Notes under the pieces: model-generated
What the model was told of the DNA's origin: nothing
The model's input: only the letters and a program-made list of their open reading frames with translations
The model's database searches: none
DNA from: Psammoneis japonica
Lineage: Eukaryota
DNA: 64,000 bases
Direction of reading: 5' to 3'
NCBI GenBank assembly: GCA_008632985.1
Contig: QPGO01000001.1
Location: 776,404-840,403 of the forward strand
Shown here: positions 1 to 11,490 of the stretch, in pieces
How positions within the stretch are numbered: the stretch's first letter is position 1
Layout of the letters: each line of letters begins with the position of its first letter
Position numbers and translations under genes: made by a program

Positions 1-920
1 TTCTTTTCAGCTTGCAGAAATGCAATGGTTGCTGAGCTGGGTTGTGGGCTGGCATTGGTGGCAGCTGGGGCAGCTGCACCCCCTGCATTTTGAGTGTGCA
101 AAAAGCAAGCAGCATGTCTTCCTGTTGCTTTTTCATGATCACATTGTGTGCGCGCCATTGACATTTCACAAGGTTTCAGTTTTCATTGCACACATGCATT
201 GTCCACATGACCCAATGTGACATGACAAGCACTGTCATGGTCAGTGCTGACATGGGGTGCATGATCTCTTTGTGCTGCACAGTTGTTCACAAACGGCTCC
301 CTTGTTCACAAGATGCACCTGTTTGCCCCAATGGTGTGAGGATCAAAATGGCCATGTGATGCAATCATTTAAATGCCTGAACAATGATGTTTGCACTCAG
401 TGATTTCAAAATTGCTTGAGCACTGGCACCTCCAAGTCAACTTTGACATGGAAATGGCACCCCCCAGGTGCATTTTTTCTTGTGCTCCATTTCAGCGACA
501 AATGCCAAGGAACACATCAGAGCAGCCAACACTGAAAAAATTGCAAATGAGTGAGCATCAAACTCAAGCTGACTCCAGCAGAAGCAGCTTGCCACTCATT
601 GAGCTCAGGCATGATCTGTGCTCAAAGATGTTTGCTGGTCATCACTTGCTTGTGGTGGAGCACGGCATTGCAACCTGCTCAAAAATCGAAAGGAGCAATG
701 TGGCAGTTGCCATGCTCTCATGTCATGCCACAACACAGCTCTGGCAAAATGGGTGAAATGCCCTGCAGCCACATGCACTGGAACAAAAGAAGCAAAATCA
801 TGGCATCATGGTGCTGCTGCTTTCAAGAAGTGAGCTTGGGATGCGCACGGCACTGACTCACAGCACGTCGCCAAAATCAAAGCACATCACCCCGAAGTCG
901 ATTCTGCACATTCTGCTCGG
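1..920. other. TpA/CpG-depleted degenerate block (unidentified repeat or gene remnant)
   Basis: I count one TpA (370-371, in TTTAAA) in positions 1-900, versus roughly 55 expected from near-even base composition. TG/CA are in excess and only short Cys/His-rich ORFs are present. Confidence 0.85.
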
Positions 921-1049
921 TAAATTATCTAAACGAAAAAAAGAACAAGCCGTGACACAATGCACGCAACGCACGGTCTCAATGAAATGAAAATGAACTG
1001 CAAGAATGCAGTGTGATAGATGCAAAAGGATGAAATGAAAAATAAATTT

Positions 1050-3299
1050 CTACTTGTCGTTTACCGTGAATGCATACGCGGATCCGGACTCGTCGCCATT
1101 GACATCAGCAGCAGCCGCACCAACTCCAACGACGCTTCCATCGGCCGACAAGGACACGGAATGTCCAAAATGATCATCTTCAGCCTTGCCATTCAAAGGA
1201 TCTCCGACTTGCTTCCATTCGTCTGCATTGCTGTCATGCTGAAGGATTCGAACTTGACCCGCTTGATCCAATCCACTGACGTCGTGATCATCACTTCCGA
1301 CCGCCAAGACGTTTCCATTGCCACTCAGCGACACTGACCTACCAAACCAATCGCCAGGCTGTTGTGTCACGAGACTTTGGCCACGTTGATTCCACGTCAA
1401 AGTCAGTCGGTTGTACGAATAAATCAATGCCCCATCGTTGCTTCCAGGTGCACCCACGGCCAAAATCAAACCGCTGTCGTCAAGAGAAACAGAAAATCCA
1501 AACCTGCCATCATCGAATTGGCCATTGATTGGACCACCCAACAGGTCCCATCTTGACGAGGCAGAATTGTGTTCAAAAACCGAAACTTGACCCGCGTTGT
1601 TTCCACCCGAATCATTCCATTGCGCTCCAACGCCAACAATGGTTCCCTGTGCATTCAAGGAAACAGAATATCCAAAATAATCATAGGCAGCTTGGCCAAT
1701 GAGTGTTTGTCCGAGTTGGTTCCAGGATGAAGAGACGCGGTCGTATTGAAACACTCGAACTGATCCAGAATTGGTGCCATTTTCCGTGTCATCCGAGTTG
1801 GCTGCCACTGCAAGAATGTCTCCCGCGTCCGAGAGCGACACGGAAAACCCAAATTGATCACCAGCGTCTCGCCCAACATTGTCGCTCCCGAGTTGGATCC
1901 AACGATCCGATGGAGAGAAATCGTACTCAAATACACGAACGTGACCGGCCCTTTCGCCGCCACTATCATTATATGGAGCTCCAACCGCAAGAATCGTTCC
2001 GTCGCCATTTAACGAAACAAATTCGCCAAAACCGTCACCTTCGGCTTGTCCAATCAATTCTTGGCCCATTTGTGTCCATTGTCGGGTGGCGGGGTTGTAT
2101 CGTTGCACAACAACAAAGCCGGGATTGGAAGATTGCTCTGCTCCGATAGCCATAATCATACCATTACGAGACAAGGATACGGAACGGCCAAAATAATCAC
2201 TTGCAGCTTTGCCGTGTAACACTTGTCCAACGGGATTCCATGGACCATTTGGGAGCACAATGGTTGGAGAAGGAGTTGGAGTGGTAGGAGACGGAGTAGA
2301 GGGAGCTGCTGTGGCAGCTGGAGTGGCAGGAGCAAATGTAGTGGATAGAGTGGTGGGAGCAGCTGTAGGAGACGGAGTGGTGGGAGCAAGTGTAGCAGCT
2401 GGAGTGGCGGGAGCAAGTGTAGTAGCTGGAGTGGTGGGAGCCACTGTAGAAGCTTGAGCAGCACTTCCTCCTCCACCACCTCCTGACATCACTCCAACAA
2501 CCGCTCCAGTGATAGCAGCAACTACCAACACTGCAGCCCCCAAAACAACCAAGAGTCTGCAACGACGACGCTTGCTGCCGATCTCTTGATTGTTGTCGTC
2601 GTTGTTGATTAGAGACTCTGAATTTTGCTCCTCCCCGTCTGAAACCGTTAAAACAACCTGAGCAACCTCTGCTTGTTGTGTGGTGGGAACCGCTTGTTCA
2701 AGTCGCGCGATTTGTTGTCGCACTTGCGTCATTTGTGCTTGCAAATCCTCTACATCTTCGCTCGGTTCTGCCAAATGCGCTTCAGCGAGTACAGGAGGGT
2801 CGTTATTATCAGCAGTGGCAGCCTGCTGTGGTTGAGGCATTGGTGGTGCCGTGTCCGTCATGACGGATATGTTGTCAGTGTCCCTTCCTCGTTGAACTTC
2901 CTGTCCTCCTTGACCGACGGCAAAAGCTCCAGCGACTGCACCATGAGCTCTTGGAGCCATCTCCAATGCGTGCTGTCTATCACGTATCAAGCCTTCTTCA
3001 TCTTGCTGTTGTTGTTGACGGCGATGGGAAACATGGTGGGGAGTTAAAATTTTTGCCGTGCTGTACGCAGCTTCCTCGTCGTCGCGATAGGTAGATTCGC
3101 GATACTCTTCAATATCTTGTTTTGTTATTTCGTCTCGATCGTCCTTCAAGCTACCACGACTACTAGCACCACCGAGTCTGTCGCACATGTCGTCGTCGTT
3201 GTTGTCGCTGTACTTGAAGCGAATCTGTTTCTTGTTGTTGGAACGGTTCATAATGAGATGATGAATGTTGTTGTTGTTTTCTGCAAACAGGGTTCTCAT
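1050..3299 (-). CDS. Type II membrane protein with Pro/Thr/Ala stalk and C-terminal FG-GAP (integrin-alpha-like) beta-propeller
   Basis: 749-aa uninterrupted ORF with normal Tyr/CpG content. It has a disordered N-terminus with GAFAV motif, a TM helix (LLVVLGAAVLVVAAITGAVVGVM) and a PATxAPT stalk. About 7 repeats of W.Q.G..L.G....D.FG.SVSLS.DG..LAVGA follow. The exact start Met is uncertain. Confidence 0.9.
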   Translation of the reverse strand: MRTLFAENNNNIHHLIMNRSNNKKQIRFKYSDNNDDDMCDRLGGASSRGSLKDDRDEITKQDIEEYRESTYRDDEEAAYSTAKILTPHHVSHRRQQQQQDEEGLIRDRQHALEMAPRAHGAVAGAFAVGQGGQEVQRGRDTDNISVMTDTAPPMPQPQQAATADNNDPPVLAEAHLAEPSEDVEDLQAQMTQVRQQIARLEQAVPTTQQAEVAQVVLTVSDGEEQNSESLINNDDNNQEIGSKRRRCRLLVVLGAAVLVVAAITGAVVGVMSGGGGGGSAAQASTVAPTTPATTLAPATPAATLAPTTPSPTAAPTTLSTTFAPATPAATAAPSTPSPTTPTPSPTIVLPNGPWNPVGQVLHGKAASDYFGRSVSLSRNGMIMAIGAEQSSNPGFVVVQRYNPATRQWTQMGQELIGQAEGDGFGEFVSLNGDGTILAVGAPYNDSGGERAGHVRVFEYDFSPSDRWIQLGSDNVGRDAGDQFGFSVSLSDAGDILAVAANSDDTENGTNSGSVRVFQYDRVSSSWNQLGQTLIGQAAYDYFGYSVSLNAQGTIVGVGAQWNDSGGNNAGQVSVFEHNSASSRWDLLGGPINGQFDDGRFGFSVSLDDSGLILAVGAPGSNDGALIYSYNRLTLTWNQRGQSLVTQQPGDWFGRSVSLSGNGNVLAVGSDDHDVSGLDQAGQVRILQHDSNADEWKQVGDPLNGKAEDDHFGHSVSLSADGSVVGVGAAAADVNGDESGSAYAFTVNDK

Positions 3300-3425
3300 T
3301 CATTTGCCCCAAGCATTCGCATTTTTTCACACTACCGGAGTACGATCGTTTGGCCGTCTGTCGTTCAAGTAGAATCTGCTACTGCTGCACATCCTCTGGT
3401 GTGTTTCTCATCGTGCATTGAGAAG

Positions 3426-3450
3426 GTGCTGACGCAGTTGACGTCAGCAC
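3426..3450. promoter_or_regulatory. Palindromic upstream element containing TGACGTCA (bZIP/CRE-type site)
   Basis: GTGCTGACG-cagttga-CGTCAGCAC inverted repeat about 130 nt upstream of the FG-GAP ORF. A recognisable copy lies upstream of the paralogous pseudogene (about 18010-18033). Confidence 0.4.
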
Positions 3451-3699
3451 TGAAGGACACGAGGGTTCGGATGCTCATGTCGCTCGACGGTAGACTATCG
3501 CAGCATCAGCGCTGATAGCAAGTCCATGCATTGCTCTGCCTCTTGGGGGTTGCGCTCCGTGAGGGTTGTTGTTGCAATACGAATACAGTCTCATCATGGT
3601 CGCATCATGCTGCTGTTGTCGCGCGGGCCACTTGCCGACGAACCCGCTGACGGACCGACCTTGGACCGAGCGCGCGCGCGCTCTCGCTACTGTACAGTG

Positions 3700-4013
3700 G
3701 TATGCTCAAATGCGTACTCTACTCTCTACTGTAGCTACTCTAACTGGTAGAGCTCTAGCTCTCTAGAGAGTAGAGTAGCTACTCTCTACTCTAGAGAGAG
3801 CTAGCTAGCTACTAGAGCTAGTAGAGCTAGAGTAGCTACTCTAGCTAGAGTAGAGAGTAGCGTGGAGAGAGACTCCTCTATCGGTAGGGCCTATGCGCTA
3901 CGGTCTCTGCTTCCAAAACTGATCTACTTTTTGGATGATTCGAACTCTATTTACTCTCTCTAGCTAGAGAGTAGTAGCTAGCTACTCTAGCTAGTAGAGA
4001 GGACCTACCGGTA
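3700..4013. repeat. CTAG/TAGAG/CTAC low-complexity palindromic array
   Basis: Perfect 17-bp inverted repeat 3778-3794/3845-3861 and a perfect 22-bp palindrome 3825-3846 (AGCTAGAGTAGCTACTCTAGCT). The array ends in TACCGGTA at 4006-4013. Confidence 0.85.
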
Positions 4014-4344
4014 AAACCTTACCGGCACTAATTACACAGCAGAGAAATTGAAAATGCCCACTCGCTAGACTAGTGAAGGACGTCAAGGTTCAAAGTTTTT
4101 TTATTGTGTCAGGTTATTTCATTTCAAAACTAAACCCATTTGTCTTTCAACCGCTGCTACTTCATGACGTTTACTATCCTGGAGATTCCGAAAGATGATG
4201 GTTACAATAGTTGAAAAACGATTCTAACAATTACGATCTCAAAACTAAACCGTTTCTCCTAAATATTTTGTTCTAAATGATTCTTATCCCTTCCAAGTTC
4301 CCTCGTGACTGCGGCTTAGCGAAGACAGTTCAACCAATTGCGCT

Positions 4345-5574
4345 TCAAGCGACGGCAATAAATGTATAGGCCACACAGCCCATAGCGATGCACATGATAA
4401 TGATCCACCACGGAAACGGATCCTCCGTGGTGGTATCAATGTTCATGTTCAAGTGAAAGAACCCGTCGCTACTGTTGATGGTTGCAGCCGACGAATGCCG
4501 CCACTGCCAATCATATTGGTACGGATCAAACGACGAGAGCCGCGTTCGTCGTTCATCTCCAAAATCGCAACGCCCTGAACGTCCAACCTGGCTGCGGCGT
4601 TGTAAAGGCTGTTTCCCAATCGAGTCAATACCAATCCACTCGGTAGGCCTCGAGTCATGGCGGTCACCGTGTTGGGTAGAGCGTTACGAATGGGTGAATA
4701 CGCAACCTTGTCATTCATGATAAAGTCCAAAGACTCGACGCCCGCAAACAGCACATTGGGGTAGTTGGATTCCATGCAAATGGCAATGTCCGTTACCATA
4801 TCGACAATGGTGTCATTGACACAAACACGCGTCTTGCGATCGCATTGACACGCCGTGACTCGTACGTTGCCAACATTCATCATCTCCATATTTCCGTCCA
4901 CAGTGGCTCGCAAGGAAACCTTGGTTTCACGGAAATTCACCGAAATGGCATCGATAAATTGACGGTAATGCAAGGAATCGTATACGCTTGGAAAGTTGCC
5001 TCGAACAAAGGCATCGACGAGAATGAGATCCAAGCGGACACAAAAATCGAGGTAACCAAGAGTCGGGGATTCTTCTTGCCAAATGCTAGAGTTCTTGTAT
5101 TGCTTTCCGATCTTCATTGCTACCTCGAGGTTGCCGTGGGTAGCATCTGTCGGTGATGGTGCAAAGTTCTTGCTGACCGAAACGAGATTGCGGGGAGTAA
5201 TGGGAGTCTTGCAATCGTATTCGTAGACCACAATGATCGACTCTCGACTCGAAATGTTGTAATTGATAAACACATTGACCGGAAGCGAGGGCGAGACCGT
5301 CACATTGAGCTTATAGATATCCCAATCGAACTTGGTCAACGTCGTATTGCCAGTGCCAGAGGTGGCGTTGGTGGCGTTGGTATGCTCGCCCATCTGATAG
5401 ACAGAACGAGAGAAACAGTGGTCGTGAGTCGCTTGACTTCTCGGATCAAATCGTTAATCATATAGACCTTTTGACACATACACAACATTAGAAAGTAACG
5501 CACCTTTGAAACACCAGCAACCACCACGGCAGGGCACAAGAAGGAAATCAGAAAAGGGAACGAGCGTTCATCAT
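4345..5574 (-). CDS. Two-exon secreted/type I membrane protein of unknown function (diatom-type family), with apparent 1-nt assembly indels
   Basis: Signal-peptide exon from ATG 5574 (MMNARSLF/LISFLCPAVVVAGVSK, one indel in a T run), GT-AG intron 5503-5394, then the 314-aa ORF 5393-4449. A shifted frame continues into a TM segment (DPFPWWIIIMCIAMGCVAYTFIAV). The true C-terminus is uncertain. Confidence 0.75.
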
Positions 5575-5779
5575 GGTGACTTGCGTTTTGTGGATTTTGT
5601 GTCGTAGTGAACTGAGCGTGGACTGCCTCGTCGGCTTGCGAGCGGTTACGTTTTGACGTTTGGCGATAAAAAATGTGGCGGGAAATTCCGATCCTTGGTA
5701 CTGTCCTCGTAGAAATGTACACGAGTCAAGCAGCAACGGCTGGAGATGAACCGACGCACGACCTACAGACCACCTTCAA

Positions 5780-8370
5780 AGATTGGAGCATTGCCATTGC
5801 AGCAGACTTTGAGTGCGACAAGAAGGAAACTTGTGCATCATTCAATGGAAGCAAACAAGCAAACATTCTCTTCTATCACTCTTTCACGCAAAGCAGCAAC
5901 TCATGCCATAAGATGAAACATTGTGCACCGAGAGTCCTTGCAAATTGATGGGTCGCCCGCCTGCTCTCTTTCTTCGTTCTCCTCGCCCTTCTTCAGCAAC
6001 GTGCCAGTCAAGTTGGTTTGGCCAAAGTCTCCCACAGATGATTTGTTGAAATGGCAACCATGTCAAATGCACAGCAACTCAATCTGTTGACTGGGACCAG
6101 GCAACCCACAGTCCAAAGCACTGCAAAAGTGCCTCTTCTGTCGGCGCTGGTGTGGCAAAGCCTCACATGCTTGTGTCACGCACAAGACATCTGTTGTCTC
6201 CAACAAACCAATTCAATTTTACCTGCAAATTCAAATTCCTTTGGTGTCTTGTCCTGGTGGATTTCATTTCCTTCATCAGAATCATTTCCTGTGTGCCACC
6301 TTTCTTTTTTGCATGGGTGTTTGCACGCATCATCTCCGTTCTGCCCCCATTGCTCAACTGGTGTCAATGACAATGTGTGTTTGATTGAAACAGGTCCCTT
6401 TGCATGCAACCGTGCCAGGATCTTTCTCCTGAGAATTGTGCTGGGCTGAGAGAGCAGTGGTTGTTTGATTCCAGGTCGTGCTTGACCAACCTGGCTGCAA
6501 GGCAGAAAACTGATGCTGCCTCAAAGATGCTCCGGGAAACATCTCGTGGAATTAGACAGTTGATGTGGTCAATGTTGCAATTGCTGGTTAAAAGCTCCAA
6601 GCCACACACATGGTTTGCACTGGCCCAGCTCCAAAGATTTTAATCATTTTTCTTTTTGAGGGGAAATCAAAATGAGCTGTGGCACTCACAACCCGATGCT
6701 GCATTGTTTTCGTGGAGCTGAGTTGCATGAGCAAAAGTTTCAAGCATTTTGAAAGGCAACTTTTAACAAATGCTGCAGAGCCACAGCTGTGGTCACACTT
6801 TGAGTGCACCACCTTGGATGAACAAAACTGATTTTGGGTTCAAATTTGGTCTTTTGAATCCACTTGCATGTTGTGAGCAGTTTGAGAAGCATGTGCCAAC
6901 ACTCTGCTCCAGCTCATAGAAGACAAAACATTGAAAACACCAAAGCATGCAATGGCCATCTAAAACCAGAGTGAGACTCACTGCAGTTGCTGGAGCATCA
7001 GTGGCTTCTTTCAGGGCTGGGCACTGGTGAACATGTGGGTGGGTTCTTGTTTCTTTGGGTGCAAAAGTTGTGCTGCTCGACAAAGCTGGCATCACAGGCA
7101 AACATTTCTGCTCACAGCCCAAAGCTGCACCAGCAGCATTGCCAATTGCCATTCCACTCATGAGCACTTTGACAAAGGAACCATTTTTGCTGCTGAGTCC
7201 ATTGCCAGCTTGTGTCTCATGTCAGTTGCTCAACAAAGCAGGAGCTCCATTGGCTTGTCTCACTGCCCTTTGCAACAAACTGGGTGAGCTTCTAAAGATG
7301 CAGCAAACTGTCCTGTCCAAAGCATGCCATTTGTGCAAGGGTGCTGCTGACAAAGAAGCACCAGCTGGCAATCATTTGTCTTCAACAGGCATGTTCTCAG
7401 GCAGAGCATGATGCCATTGCAGGGCTTGTCATGCATCATCCAGATCCAGAGCATGAGCTTTGTTGTGATGAGAACATGTGTGGAGAGCATTGCAAGTGTT
7501 GTCCAGTGTCATGCCTGAACAATCACTGTGGCAGGATGGTCACACCTCAGATTGTGGTTGTAAGATCATTTGATGCCCTGATGAGTGGGAGCTCAATGAA
7601 GTGCACACAAAGGTCTGAACAGTGGACAAGCCATTTTGTGCAAATTTTCAAACAATGCATGGGTCAGAGCTGCACCAGCACAGCTGAAAGGTGAGAAGAT
7701 TGGGAATGAGCTTGGCAGTGTGGTGGCCCTGTCATTTGATGGTTTGATCCTTGCAACAGGAAGTGAATGTCTTTTGGTTGGACAGTCAGTTGAGCTTGGT
7801 GATGACATTGTCAACAACAGCAACAACAACAGTTTTGGATTGGCCCTTGATTTGGTGTCAACGAGCAGCAATGAGCTCATCTTGGTTGTGGTGCAAAAGA
7901 CAGTGATTCCAATGGCAGTGCGAGTGGCCAAGTTGGAGCATTTGCTCACTCTTCCAGCCCCAACGCATGGATTCAAACAGGACAGCAGCTTGTGACAGCT
8001 TTGGCCATTCAGTGGCTTTGTCAGCCCAAGGGAGCATTTTGGCAGTTGGGGCTTCTTCTGGCATGGCAACCACACTGGCAATTTAACTGGCCAAGTCCAA
8101 GTGTTTCAAAGAGATGAAACAACAACAACCCAGATTCTGTTTAGAACAGGCTTCACACTGAGAGAACAGGAGATGTGTTTGGAACAGGTGTGTCCCTCAA
8201 CAACAAAGGGAACATTCTCACCATTGGTGCTCCAGAAAACAGGGAGGACAAGGGCTTCAATGGCAGTTGCCTGCATTTCCATTCATGCTGTGATTCTGCA
8301 GATGGGTGGGTTCAGATTGGAAATGATCTTGATGGCCATTCTGGAGGAGTGGGATTTGGCCAATCTTGCT
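5780..8370. other. TpA/CpG-depleted degenerate block
   Basis: TA and CG are very rare and TG/CA are in excess. It includes the decayed 5' part of an FG-GAP gene. Confidence 0.8.
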
Positions 8371-8579
8371 CTATTTCGGTTTATGGATTCATTGCAGTGG
8401 GAGGAGGTCCGGGTGCTGGATCGGGCTATGCTCGTGTTTTCGAGTTTGATAACGCAGCATGTCCCGACATTGAGTCCGCTCCCACAGAATCACCAAGTAG
8501 TCTAGCGACGCACTGCCGCCTGCAGGGCATATACATGATGTTGCCTTTGTTGATTGTTTTCGTGTGGACCAGCTTGTGA
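7600..8579 (+). pseudogene. FG-GAP beta-propeller gene remnant; 5' part hypermutated, last ~200 nt intact
   Basis: Fragments such as ELGSVVALSFDGLILATG, FGTGVSLNNKGNILTIGAP, DGWVQIGNDLDG and GYARVFEF, plus a C-terminal hydrophobic tail. Multiple frameshifts and stops. Confidence 0.8.
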
Positions 8580-8776
8580 AAGTACTGCAATTTCGCCACA
8601 AGTTGGGATTTAGGAAGTACGACAAGTGCCTTTCGTAAGAGGATGGAGTAAGGGCGCCGTCAGCAGTGTAGTTTTGTGTGGATACAAAATAGACCTTTGT
8701 TACTTCTACATGCAATATTCTGTGACGGTCCCGAGTGTCATTTCGCCAACCATTCAATCTGCATCGGGACATGTCG

Positions 8777-11490
8777 CTAACAAGGAGAGTAATGAATCTC
8801 TCCGTTGAAAACTCTTCCAGCTGTAGGGGTGGCAAACACTTGGTTGGTGCTCGTGCCACTGTAAATCTCAAGCGACGAGTCTGAAAATACGACCGAGTCA
8901 ACAACACTCGTCATATTCGAAGAGCTGCGAATCGCCATCTCTTGAGCTTGCGTCAGCCGAATTGCAACATAAAAAGCATGAGTCGAGCCCGACGTGACAT
9001 CTACAGTCTTGAACTCGTCGGCATTCAGCAACCGATTACCACCCCAAGCGAAACGAATCGTTTGGCTAAAGACCAAATTCCACGCGCTCATATCATCTTC
9101 GACACCTACGTGACTTCCCTCCTTCGTCCATACAGAAACAACGCCGCCGATCCTTGAGCTACCCCAGGTTGTAAAGGGAACCGTTAAAGTCGTGATTGAC
9201 AGGTCAGTTAGCGCTCTCACATTAAACATGATCCCGACTGAAGTCGTTCCACCATCGGTTGGACCGGCCAACGACATTGTGCTCGAAGAGCATTTGGCCG
9301 GGTAAGCAAGTGGAGGAGAACAGAGGCTATAGTGGACGTTTCCCGAGAATACGCTACCGTATTCGTTGGAGACTTGAGCAACAAACGCGGCACCAGTTCC
9401 AGTGCCACGGTGTAACTCCAGCGAACGGTCAAACGTAACAGGCGTACTCGAGATTGTCTGGTTGATGCTGTTAGAGAGTGTACGCAGCGTCGTGGCATCG
9501 TTTCCAGTCATGCGAACTAAAACGTAGAACGCTTGAATCGATCCGCTAGCAACATCGACATTTTTAAACTCATCAGCGTTCAGTTCACGGTTACCACCCC
9601 AAGAGAAACGGACCACTTGACTATACAGAAGTGACCATGCGTTAGCATCGTTTTCAAAGCCAACGTGACTTCCCTGCTTTGTCCATACAGTAACAACGCT
9701 GCTGAGTGTTGAGCTACCCCAAGAAGCAAAAGGGACTGTAAGCGTCATTACTGACAGGTCGCAGGGCTTTTACATCAAACATAATTCCGTTTGCAGTTGT
9801 TTGACCATCAAACGGACCCGCCAAGGAAGTTCCAAAGGATGAGCATTTTGCAGGGTACACGGGAGGAGGAGAGCAAAGACTGTAGTGCAAGTTACCCGAA
9901 AATGTGGATCCATGCTCGCTTGCCATAGACGGCACAAAGGCTGCCGTGGTAGCCGTCCCTTGCAGCAACTCCACCGAGCGATCGAACGTGACAGGTGTGC
10001 CGTCAGACCCCAACATGTCATCGGTTCGCATCCGCAGCGTCATAGCATCGTTTCCAGCCATGCGTACTAAAACGTAGAAAGCTTGAATCGATCCGCTAGC
10101 AACATCGACATTTATGAACTCATCTGAGTCCAGTTCACGGTCACCACCCCAGCGAAACGGACCACTTGACTATACAGAAGCGACCATGAGGTAGAATCGT
10201 TTTCAGAGCCAACGTGACTTCCTTGCTTTGTCCATACAGCAACAACGCTGCTGAGTTTTGAGCTACCCCAAGAAGCAAAAGGGATGGTTAACGTCGTTAC
10301 TGACAGGTCCGCAAGGGCTTTTACATCAAACATAATTCCGTTTGCAGTTGTTTGACCGTCAAACGGACCCGCCAAAGAAGTTCCAAAGGATGAGCATTTG
10401 CAGGGTACACGGGAGGAGGAGAGCAAAGACTGTAGTGCACGTTACCCGAAAATGTGGATCCATGCTCGCTTGCCATAGACGGCACAAAGGCTGCCGTGGT
10501 AGCTGTCCTTGCAGCAACTCTACCGAGCGATCAAACGTAACAGGTGTGCCGTCAGACCCCAACATGTCATCGGTTCGCATCCGCAGCGTCATGGCGTCGT
10601 TTCCAGCCATGCGTACTAAAACGTAGAAAGCTTGAATCGATCCGCTAGCAACATCGACATTTATGAACTCATCTGAGTCCAGTTCACGGTCACCACCCCA
10701 AGCGAAACGGACCACTTGACTATAAAGAAGCGACCATGAGGTAGAATCGTTTTCAGAGCCAACGTGACTTCCCTGCTTTGTCCACACTGTGACAACACTA
10801 CTGAGGATGAGCTACCCCAAGAAGCAAAAGGGACCGTTAGCGTTGTTACTGATAGGTCAGCCCGGGCTTGTACATCAAACATAACTCCGTTTGCAGTGGT
10901 TTGACCGTCAAACGGAGCGGCCAAGGAAGTCCCAAGGGAGAGCACTGGCAGGGTACGCAAGAGGAGGAGAACAAAGACTGTAGTGCAAGAGACCTGAAAA
11001 GGTAGCTCCATACTCGCTGGATTCCGAAGGCTCAAACAGGGTAGTGGTGCCAACGCCAGTGTACAACTGCAGGGAGCGATCAAACGTGATGGGCGTTAGC
11101 GTCGACCGCAGCACATCATCGTTGCGCATACGAAGTGGCATGGCGTTGTCAGCCTCGTAATCAACCCAAAGGTAGAAAGCTTGGGTTGCTGTTCTGGCAA
11201 TGTCGACATTTTCAAAGTCGCTCGCAACCAACTCCACGTTTCCACCTCCCGCCTTGGTTACATTTTGACGATAAACAAGAGACCACGCATTGCATCGCTA
11301 GCAAAATTTTCGTAGCAGCCACTTCTGGTCCAAATAGAAACCCTGCCAGTATTTCGTCTCGACGAACTCGAGGAAGAGAAAGGTACGGTCATCGAGTTGA
11401 CTGTCATGTTAGCGTCTACTTGTACATTGAACATAATTCCTTGTCCGCTGGATTGTCCGTCGATTGGACCACCAAGTGATTTGGCTTCAA
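8777..11490 (-). repeat. Five tandem coding repeats, period ~550 nt
   Basis: The G(I/V)MF(D/N)V motif recurs at about 11430, 10880, 10330, 9780 and 9225. Units around 9715-10255 and 10255-10800 are nearly identical at the nucleotide level. Confidence 0.9.
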
